NCBI RefSeq assembly: GCF_963676685.1
Contig: NC_092345.1
Location: 45,012,001-45,076,000 of the forward strand
Reading direction: 5' to 3'
From: Mytilus edulis
Taxonomy: Eukaryota
DNA: 64,000 nt
Part shown: piece by piece, positions 12,240-23,674 of the stretch
Layout: every line of letters starts with the position of its first letter
How positions within the stretch are numbered: position 1 is the first letter of the stretch
The notes under the pieces: model-generated
What the model was told of the DNA's origin: nothing
The model's database searches: none
Seen by the model: the letters and a program-made list of their open reading frames with translations, nothing else
Position numbers and translations under genes: made by a program

Positions 12240-14841
12240 GCTGTAATTGTTAAGTTCACTATTCGATATCACAACGTTTTTGTTTAGCGAGTTTCTTGTA
12301 CAGTTGTACTATACAATTTGCAAATTTCTTCTTTTTATACTTGAGAGAAAACAATGAATTTCTTATGTTCTTTCTATACTCTGACGAGTGTCTTATTCTG
12401 ATTGGGTGAAAATCTCTTTCAAAAAGAAAAAAAGTTTGAAAATCAATGAGATTATTTTTACGCATGCATAAAAATACTTAAGAAAAAATAAATTGTTTAA
12501 TGTACAGATATATAAATCAGCATATGTGAACAACAATTAGAACATACATGTAAAAAACAAGTTAAAATCTGCATAGACCAGCAGATGTTTCTCCATATGT
12601 TGTATATTTGAATATTTTGTATTATAAACATTCACCGTTTCCATTCTAAATTGTTTGATACATGGTTTTATATTAAACATGAATAGATTTTAAAATGGAC
12701 CGAAATAATCACGAATTTAAATCATGAGTGTTAAACCACACATCAGAACCAAATAGATATTAAGAGTTGGAAAATAAAAAAAACCAAAACAAAACATTTA
12801 TTAATCTTAACTTGACGCTTTTCAAATTAAATTAGTCAAAAATCATTAAAAAATATATGATATTATAAAAATAATTACTAAACATTATATGAACGAATCA
12901 GTTACAGCTGGGGGAAACGTCCATTTCTCTAATTTTTGCGCTATTATCACATTTCTTGATCGATGTGAGAACAATATTTTCCCTCACTAGTGAATAAGCT
13001 GTTGTCGGCAAATGATTGGTCGAAATTGTATTGTGACGTTGAATTTCTTGGTTTTTTTCTGAATTTTCCTATTGTGACGATATGGTAAAAAGGCAACCAT
13101 GCTTGATGACGTCACATAAAAAGTAAACATATTTCTTCAAATTTTTGAAAAGGAGGGCTACAAATCATTAGGGAAACAAAATCCACCACTTTAACTCGTG
13201 TAGTACGATTTTTCTCCACTCTCAACTGTTAAATTTTAATTATTTATAAAGCTTTGCCAGCCTCGCGCTTTAAATATTAAGATTTAACGGTCTCGAGTGG
13301 AGAAATATCGTAGCACACTTGTTGCAGTTATGGAATCTATATATCCAAGACCACATCGATTGATCAGCGCTTATCTCACCATTGATAATGCAGAGTTGTT
13401 CGGATTTGTTCCCCAGAATTCTATATTCTTTAGGCGGGTTAATTTTCAGTGAATTAGATCAAATATTTTATAGGAATATATTTACTCTTTTTTAAAAAAA
13501 ACAATTATGTAAAACATGTCAACTAAAATAGTTTCTAGGTGATGATTTCTATCGGTACCAATTTCAAAACTGTCAGTTTGTTACATTACCTTTATAACAT
13601 CTACGCTAGAAACCACTTTCTGTAAATTCTTACAAAATGTTAAATCTTGTAAAAAATTAAATATAAATTTATTTCCCTGGATTTGTTGTATTTAAAGTTG
13701 GACAAATTCAATATTGCTTCAAATGAACTGAGTAAAATTCTTTTAAGTACGCTTAAAGATTTATCTGGAAGATTATTTTTTTCATGGCACTGTTGATTGT
13801 TTGATAAAAAGTAAAACAAACGGACCAAACTCAAAGGAAAGATAAAAAAAGGGGAAGTCCAAAAAAAAACCAACCACACAAAATCAAACTATATCAATCA
13901 ACGGAAACGAGTGAAAAACACTGTCATATTTCTAACTTGGTACAAGAATCAAAAGATTTTAAAACCTGAATAAAGTTCGTTGTTTTCTTTTCCGCCAACT
14001 CTGACCGCTCCAAATGTGTTCCTTTTTTATACTTAACTAGCTTTCATTACTACAAAGAGCTTATATTTGTGATAATGTTACTAAAAAAAAAAACAAAAAA
14101 CACATAGGTGGTATACATAGCCACAATCTGGATTCCAATTAGTATTGCTTTTATCAGAGATTTTAATAAACAAAGCTACAAAGTATATCTTAGGTATACA
14201 ATTTTTAAACACTTCCATATGTAAGTTAACGATTTGAAAAGTATTTTAGATTTGAATTAACATACTGCTAAAATGCTAATCCATTTCAAATGAATCTCTA
14301 GAGTAAAGTCAATAACTCTCAGCTCATGAAATTTTACAAACGAACGCGTCCCTACATAATTCAAAGAAATGAAGGCTTATAATTCTTACCTTGAATAATA
14401 GAGATTAATTATAAAGAAATACAAGTCCCGGAAAATTGTCCTTGAACTACCGTACGTGTAATAGAAAATTTGACGATATTAATAAATATATTGACTCCAA
14501 CTTATTTGAAATAATTTCGCAATTAATGGAAAGATTTTTTTGCTAATGATAAGCATCAAAACACAATGAAATTTAATTATACACACAGCAGTCATTATGA
14601 TAGGAATACAAAAGAGAAGACTTTCATACGATTACCACCACCTTTACATGTAATGTTTGTGATGTATGTTATAATATTAAAACGATGAGAAATACTCTTA
14701 ATTAATTGCACGAAGTTTCTGGTGGCATCACGGGATAAAGCTTTTCATCTATTCATTACTTACAGACAGACCCTTTACAAGCAAAGAAAATGTTTTGTCG
14801 TCTACACTTAAAATATTTTTTACAAAAAAAAAAGAATTTAC

Positions 14842-14899
14842 CTTGTTTATAACAGACAAGACCAGCAAATAACAAAGCAATCGTTGCCCTCAGAAGCAT
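14842..14899 (-). CDS. Exon 1 copy, unit 5
   Basis: Intact ATG, frame and donor. Confidence 0.65.
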
Positions 14900-17487
14900 G
14901 CTGTAATTGTTAAGTTCACTATTCGATATCACAACGTTTTTGTTTAGCGAGTTTCTTGTACAGTTGTACTATACAATTTGCAAATTTCTTCTTTTTATAC
15001 TTGAGAGAAAACAATGAATTTCTTATGTTCTTTCTATACTCTGACGAGTGTCTTATTCTGATTGGGTGAAAATCTCTTTCAAAAAGAAAAAAAGTTTGAA
15101 AATCAATGAGATTATTTTTACGCATGCATAAAAATACTTAAGAAAAAATAAATTGTTTAATGTACAGATATATAAATCAGCATATGTGAACAACAATTAC
15201 AACATACATGTAAAATACAAGTTAAAATCTGCATAGATCAGCAGATGTTTCTCCATATTTTGTATATTTGAATATTTTGTATTATAAACATTCACCGTTT
15301 CCATTCTCAATTGTTTGATACATGGTTTTATATTAAACATGAATAGATTTTAAAATGGACCGAAATAATCACGAATTTAAATCATGAGTGTTAAACCACA
15401 CATCAGAACCAAATAGATATTAAGAGTTGGAAAATAAAAAAACAAAACAAAACATTTATTAATCTTAACTTGACGCTTTTCAAATTAAATTAGTCAAAAA
15501 TCATAAAAAAAATTATGATATTATAAAAATAATTACTAAACATTATATGAACGAATCAGTTACAGCTGGGGGAAACGTCCATTTCTCTAATTTTTGCGCT
15601 ATTATCACATTTCTTGATCGATGTGAGAACAATATTTTCCCTCACTAGTGAATAAGCTGTTGTCGGCAAATGATTGGTCGAAATTGTATTGTGACGTTGA
15701 ATTTTCTTGGTTTTTTTCTGAATTTTCCTATTGTGACGATATGGTAAAAAGGCGACCATGCTTGATGACGTCACATAAAAAGAAAACATATTTCTTCAAT
15801 TTTTTTAAAAGGAGGGCTACAAATCATTAGAGAAACAAAATCCACCACTTTAACTCGTGTAGTACGATTTTTCTCCACTCTCAACTGTTAAATTTTAATT
15901 ATTTATAAAGCTTTGCCAGCCTCGCGCTTTAAATATTAAAATTTAACGGTCTCGAGTGGAGAAATATCGTAGCACACTTGTAGCAGTTATGGAATCTATA
16001 TATCCAAGACCACATCGATTGATCAGCGCTTATCTCACCATTGATAATGCAGAGTTGTTCGGATTTGTTCCCCAGAATTCTATATTCTTTAGGCGGGTTA
16101 ATTTTCAGTGAATTAGATCAAATATATTATAGGAATATATTTACTCTTTTATAAAAAAAAAACAATTATGTAAAACATGTCAACTAAAATAGTGATGATT
16201 TCTATCAGTACCAATTGCAAAACTGTCAGTTTGTTACATTACCTTTATAACATCTACGCTAGAAACCACTTTCTGTAAATTCTTACAAAATGTTAAATCT
16301 TGTAAAAAATTAAATATAAATTTATTTCCTTGGATTTGTTGTATTTAAAGTTGGACAAATTCAATATTGCTTCAAATGAACTGAGTAAAATTCTTTTAAG
16401 TACGCTTAAAGATTTATCTGGAAGATTATTTTTTTCATGGCACTGTTGATTGTTTGATAAAAAGTAAAACAAACGGACCAAACTCAAAGGAAAGATCAAA
16501 AAGGGGAAGTCCAGAAAAACACACAATATCAAACTATATCAATCAACGGAAACGAGTGATAAACAACTGTCATATTTCTAACTTGGTACAAGAATCAAAA
16601 GATTTTAAAACCTGAATAAAGTTCGTTGTTTTCTTTTCCGCCAACTCTGACCGCTCCAAATGTGTTCCTTTTTTATACTTAACTAGCTTTCATTACTACA
16701 AAGAGCTTATATTTGTGATAATGTTACTCAAAAAAAAAAGACCACCACATAGGTGGTATACATAGCCACAATCTGGATTCCAATTAGTATTGCTTTTATC
16801 AGAGATTGTAATAAACAGAGCTACAAAGTATATCTTAGGTATACAATTTTTAAACACTTCCATATGTAAGTTAACGATTTGAAAAGTATTTTAGATTTGA
16901 ATTAACATACTGCTAAAATGCTAATCAATTTCAAATGAATCTCTAGAGTAAAGTCAATAACTCTCAGCTCATGAAATTTTACAAACGAACGCGTCCCTAC
17001 ATAATTCAAAGAAATGAAGGCTTATAATTCTTACCTTGAATAATAGAGATTAATTATAAAGAAATACAAGTCCCGGAAAATTGTCCTTGAACTACCGTAC
17101 GTGTAATAGAAAATTTGACGATATTAATAAATATATTGACTCCAACTTATTTGAAATAATTTCGCAATTAATGGAAAGATTTTTTTGCTAATGATAAGCA
17201 TCAAAACGCAATGAAATTTAATTATACACACAGCCTTCATTATGATAGGAATACAAAAGAGAAGACTTTCATACGATTACCACCACCTTTACATGTAATG
17301 TTTGTGATGTATGTTATAATATTAAAACGATGAGAAATACTCTTAATTAATTGCACGAAGTTTCTGGTGGCATCACGGGATAAAGCTTTTCATCTATTCA
17401 TTACTTACAGACAGACCCTTTACAAACAAAGAAAATGTTTTGTCGTCTACACTTAAAATAATTTTTACAAAAAAAAAAAGAATTTAC

Positions 17488-17545
17488 CTTGTTTATAACA
17501 GACAAGACCAGCAAATAACAAAGCAATCGTTGCCCTCAGAAGCAT
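17488..17545 (-). CDS. Exon 1 copy, unit 6
   Basis: Intact ATG, frame and donor. Confidence 0.65.
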
Positions 17546-20142
17546 GCTGTAATTGTTAAGTTCACTATTCGATATCACAACGTTTTTGTTTAGCGAGTTT
17601 CTTGTACAGTTGTACTATACAATTTGCAAATTTCTTCTTTTTATACTTGAGAGAAAACAATGAATTTCTTATGTTCTTTCTATACTCTGACGAGTGTCTT
17701 ATTCTGATTGGGTGAAAATCTCTTTCAAAAAGAAAAAAAGTTTGAAAATCAATGAGATTATTTTTACGCATGCATAAAAATACTTAAGAAAAAATAAATT
17801 GTTTAATGCACAGATATATAAATCAGCATATGTGAACAACAATTACAACATACATGTAAAATACAAGTTAAAATCTGCATAGATCAGCAGATGTTTCTCC
17901 ATATTTTGTATATTTGAATATTTTGTATTATAAACATTCACCGTTTCCATTCTCAATTGTTTGATACATGATTTTATATTAAACATGAATAGATTTTAAA
18001 ATGGACCGAAATAATCACGAATTTAAATCATGAGTGTTAAACCACACATCAGAACCAAATAAATATTAAGAGTTGGAAAATAAAAAAAAAAAAAAACAAA
18101 ACAAAACATTTATTAATCTTTACTTGACGCTTTTCAAATTAAATTAGTCAAAAATCATAAAAAAAAATATGATATTATAAAAATAATTACTAAACATTAT
18201 ATGAACGAATCAGTTACAGCTGGGGGAAACGTCCATTTCTCTAATTTTTGCGCTATTATCACATTTCTTGATCGATGTGAGAACAATATTTTCCCTCACT
18301 AGTGAATAAGCTGTTGTCGGCAAATGATTGGTCGAAATTGTATTGTGACGTTGAATTTTCTTGGTTTTTTTCTGAATTTTCCTATTGTGACGATATGGTA
18401 AAAAGGCGACCATGCTTGATGACGTCACATAAAAAGTAAACATATTTCTTCAAATTTTTGAAAAGGAGGGCTACAAATCATTAGAGAAACAAAATCCACC
18501 ACTTTAACTCGTGTAGTACGATTTTTCTCCACTCTCAACTGTTAAATTTTAATTATTTATAAAGCTTTGCCAGCCTCGCGCTTTAAATATTAAGATTTAA
18601 CGGTCTCGAGTGGAGAAATATCGTAGCACACTTGTTGCAGTTATGGAATCTATATATCCAAGACCACATCGATTGATCAGCGCTTATCTCACCATTGATA
18701 ATGCAGAGTTGTTCGGATTTGTTCCCCAGAATTCTATATTCTTTAGGCGGGTTAATTTTCAGTGAATTAGATCAAATATATTATAGGAATATATTTACTC
18801 TTTTATAAAAAAAACAATTATGTAAAACATGTCAACTAAAATAGTTTCTAGGTGATGATTTCTATCGGTACCAATTTCAAAACTGTCAGTTTGTTACATT
18901 ACCTTTATAACATCTACGCTAGAAACCACTTTCTGTAAATTCTTACAAAATGTTAAATCTTGTAAAAAATTAAATATAAATTTATTTCCTGGATTTGTTG
19001 TATTTAAAGTTGGACAAATTCAATATTGCTTCAAATGAACTGAGTAAAATTCTTTTAAGTACGCTTAAAGATTTATCTGGAAGATTATTTTTTTCATGGC
19101 ACTGTTGATTGTTTGATAGAAGGTAAAACAAACGGACCAAACTCAAAGGAAAGATCAAAAAGGGGAAGTCCAGAAAAACACACAAAATCAAACTATATCA
19201 ATCAACGGAAACGAGTGAGAAACAACTGTCATATTTCTAACTTGGTACAAGAATTCAAAAGATTTTAAAATCTTAATAAAGTTCGTTGTTTTCTTTTCCG
19301 CCAACTCTGACCGCTCCAAATGTGTTCCTTTTTTTTATACTTAACTAGCTTTCATTACTACAAAGAGCTTATATTTGTGATAATGTTACCCAAAAAAACA
19401 CCACATAGGTGGTATACATAGCCACAATCTGGATTCCAATTAGTATTGCTTTTATCAGAGATAGTAATAAACAAAGCTACAAAGTATATCTTAGGTATAC
19501 AATTTTTAAACACTTCCATATGTAAGTTAACGATTTAAAAGTATTTTAGATTTGAATTAACATACTGCTAAAATGCTAATCCATTTCAAATGAATCTCTA
19601 GAGTAAAGTCAATAACTCTCAGCTCATGAAATTTTACAAACGAACGCGTCCCTACATAATTCAAAGAAATGAAGGCTTATAATTCTTACCTTGAATAATA
19701 GAGATTAATTATAAAGAAATACAAGTCCCGGAAAATTGTCCTTGAACTACCGTACGTGTAATAGAAAATTTGACGATATTAATAAATATATTGACTCCAA
19801 CTTATTTGAAATAATTTCGCAATTAATGTAAAGATTTTTTTGCTAATGATAAGCATCAAAACGCAATGAAATTTAATTATACACACAGCCTTCATTATGA
19901 TAGGAATACAAAAGAGAAGACTTTCATACGATTACCACCACCTTTACATGTAATGTTTGTGATGTATGTTATTATATTAAAACGATGAGAAATACTCTTA
20001 ATTAATTGCACGAAGTTTCTGGTGGCATCACGGGATAAAGCTTTTCATCTATTCATTACTTACAGACAGACCCTTTACAAGCAAAGAAAATGTTTTGTCG
20101 TCTACACTTAAAATAATTTTTACAAAAAAAAAAAGAATTTAC

Positions 20143-20200
20143 CTTGTTTATAACAGACAAGACCAGCAAATAACAAAGCAATCGTTGCCCTCAGAAGCAT
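20143..20200 (-). CDS. Exon 1 copy, unit 7
   Basis: Intact ATG, frame and donor. Confidence 0.65.
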
Positions 20201-22804
20201 GCTGTAATTGTTAAGTTCACTATTCGATATCACAACGTTTTTGTTTGGCGAGTTTCTTGTACAGTTGTACTATACAATTTGCAAATTTCTTCTTTTTATA
20301 CTTGAGAGAAAACAATGAATTTCTTATGTTCTTTCTATACTCTGACGAGTGTCTTATTCTGATTGGGTGAACATCTCTTTCAAAAAGAAAAAAAGTTTGA
20401 AAATCAATGAGATTATTTTTACGCATGCATAAAAATACTTAAGAAAAAATAAATTGTTTAATGTACAGATATATAAATCAGCATATGTGAACAACAATTA
20501 GAACATACATGTAAAAAACAAGTTAAAATCTGCATAGATCAGCAGATGTTTCTCCATATGTTGTATATTTGAATATTTTGTATTATAAACATTCACCGTT
20601 TCCATTCTAAATTGTTTGATACATGGTTTTATATTAAACATGAATAGATTTTAAAATGGACCGAAATAATCACGAATTTAAATCATGAGTGTTAAACCAC
20701 ACATCAGAACCAAATAGATATTAAGAGTTGGAAAATAAAAAAAACCAAAACAAAACATTTATTAATCTTAACTTGACGCTTTTCAAATTAAATTAGTCAA
20801 AAATCATAAAAAAATATATGATATTATAAAAATAATTACTAAACATTATATGAACGAATCAGTTACAGCTGGGGGAAACGTCCATTTCTCTAATTTTTGC
20901 GCTATTATCACATTTCTTGATCGATGTGAGAACAATATTTTCCCTCACTAGTGAATAAGCTGTTGTCGGCAAATGATTGGTCGAAATTGTATTGTGACGT
21001 TGAATTTCTTGGTTTTTTTCTGAATTTTCCTATTGTGACGATATGGTAAAAAGGCGACCATGCTTGATGACGTCACATAAAAAGTAAACATATTTCTTCA
21101 AATTTTTGAAAAGGAGGGCTACAAATCATTAGAGAAACAAAATCCACCACTTTAACTCGTGTAGTACGATTTTTCTCCACTCTCAACTGTTAAATTTTAA
21201 TTATTTATAAAGCTTTGCCAGCCTCGCGCTTTAAATATTAAGATTTAACGGTCTCGAGTGGAGAAATATCGTAGCACACTTGTTGCAGTTATGGAATCTA
21301 TATATCCAAGACCACATCGATTGATCAGCGCTTATCTCACCATTGATAATGCAGAGTTGTTCGGATTTGTTCCCCAGAATTCTATATTCTTTAGGCGGGT
21401 TAATTTTCAGTGAATTAGATCAAATATTTTATAGGAATATATTTACTCTTTTATAAAAAAAACAATTATGTAAAACATGTCAACTAAAATAGTTTCTAGG
21501 TGATGATTTCTATCGGTACCAATTTCAAAACTGTCAGTTTGTTACATTACCTTTATAACATCTACGCTAGAAACCACTTTCTGTAAATTCTTACAAAATG
21601 TTAAATCTTGTAAAAAATTAAATATAAATTTATTTCCCTGGATTTGTTGTATTTAAAGTTGGACAAATTCAATATTGCTTCAAATGAACTGAGTAAAATT
21701 CTTTTAAGTACGCTTAAAGATTTATCTGGAAGATTATTTTTTTCATGGCACTGTTGATTGTTTGATAAAAAGTAAAACAAACGGACCAAACTCAAAGGAA
21801 AGATAAAAAAAGGGGAAGTCCAAAAAAAAACCAACCACACAAAATCAAACTATATCAATCAACGGAAACGAGTGAAAAACAACTGTCATATTTCTAACTT
21901 GGTACAAGAATCAAAAGATTTTAAAACCTGAATAAAGTTCGTTGTTTTCTTTTCCGCCAACTCTGACCGCTCCAAATGTGTTCCTTTTTTATACTTAACT
22001 AGCTTTCATTACTACAAAGAGCTTATATTTGTGATAATGTTACTCAAAAAAAAAAAAAAAAACACATAGGTGGTATACATAGCCACAATCTGGATTCCAA
22101 TTAGTATTGCTTTTATCAGAGATTTTAATAAACAAAGCTACAAAGTATATCTTAGGTATACAATTTTTAAACACTTCCATATGTAAGTTAACGATTTGAA
22201 AAGTATTTTAGATTTGAATTAACATACTGCTAAAATGCTAATCCATTTCAAATGAATCTCTAGAGTAAAGTCAATAACTCTCAGCTCATGAAATTTTACA
22301 AACGAACGCGTCCCTACATAATTCAAAGAAATGAAGGCTTATAATTCTTACCTTGAATAATAGAGATTAATTATAAAGAAATACAAGTCCCGGAAAATTG
22401 TCCTTGAACTACCGTACGTGTAATAGAAAATTTGACGATATTAATAAATATATTGACTCCAACTTATTTGAAATAATTTCGCAATTAATGGAAAGATTTT
22501 TTTGCTAATGATAAGCATCAAAACGCAATGAAATTTAATTATACACACAGCCTTCATTATGATAGGAATACAAAAGAGAAGACTTTCATACGATTACCAC
22601 CACCTTTACATGTAATGTTTGTGATGTATGTTATAATATTAAAACGATGAGAAATACTCTTAATTAATTGCACGAAGTTTCTGGTGGCATCACGGGATAA
22701 AGCTTTTCATCTATTCATTACTTACAGACAGACCCTTTACAAGCAAAGAAAATGTTTTGTCGTCTACACTTAAAATAATTTTTACAAATAAAAAAAGAAT
22801 TTAC

Positions 22805-22862
22805 CTTGTTTATAACAGACAAGACCAGCAAATAACAAAGCAATCGTTGCCCTCAGAAGCAT
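22805..22862 (-). CDS. Exon 1 copy, unit 8 (most distal)
   Basis: Intact ATG, frame and donor. Confidence 0.65.
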
Positions 22863-23103
22863 GCTGTAATTGTTAAGTTCACTATTCGATATCACAACGT
22901 TTTTGTTTAGCGAGTTTCTTGTACAGTTGTACTATACAATTTGCAAATTTCTTCTTTTTATACTTGAGAGAAAACAATGAATTTCTTATGTTCTTTCTAT
23001 ACTCTGACGAGTGTCTAATTATGATTGGGTGAAAATCTCTTTCAAAAAGAAAAAAGTTTTAAAATCAATGTGATTATTTTTACGCATGCATAAAAATACT
23101 TAA

Positions 23104-23674
23104 AGTCATAAGAAACGAGTGACCGGTGAAAAATAATGTTCTTCCAATTCTTGAACCAATGCATACAAACATCATAAACTTAGTCTTCTGTGCTCGAATT
23201 TATCATTTTTTTCGTGTAAATTTCGTATAATTGTCAATTTTTTTTTCAATCGGTCAGTTTTGTTGTGAAAATATGGCAGGTAATTAAAGTTCGTGTCTTG
23301 AAGCCGAAGTTTAACGATTGTCACCTGTTTGTCAACAATTGACGAAAAATAAACAAAAAAGCATGGAAATTGAGCACGTGTTTAACATGTAAATTCAGAT
23401 AATAGTTTATTTTAAGGACATCCATGCGTATTGTGGTCACCGGATTTTTACGAGATGTCACACTGAGGTCACCTTGCATACGGAAAATATCTCGGGGGAA
23501 TTGCTTGCTGGAAGGAAGCTATTCAAATAAAGTAAACTTCTTCTAAATATGAATAAATTAAAGAATTTTCTTCAGAAAAAAGTATATGTACATAAGTTTT
23601 ATAATGAAAACTATCCATTGAGTTATTAAAATCATATGCATTATTTTTTTTTTGATTTGAGGTTTCTTATGACT
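23104..23674. mobile_element. 571-bp non-autonomous DNA transposon (Kolobok-type MITE) in unit 8
   Basis: Perfect 13-bp TIR AGTCATAAGAAAC/GTTTCTTATGACT, with TTAA on both sides (23100-23103, 23675-23678). The other seven units carry the empty site tacTTAAgaa. TTAA TSD with purine termini fits Kolobok rather than piggyBac. Confidence 0.9.

Noticed and set aside
4325-21840. Recurring ORFs MRKNNLIDFQ..., MFTFYVTSS... and MILCVFLDF... as a tandem gene family
   Set aside because: They recur only because the DNA is repeated. They overlap the promoter, a TE-like module and intron 1, are broken or shifted by indels in several units, and have low-complexity composition.
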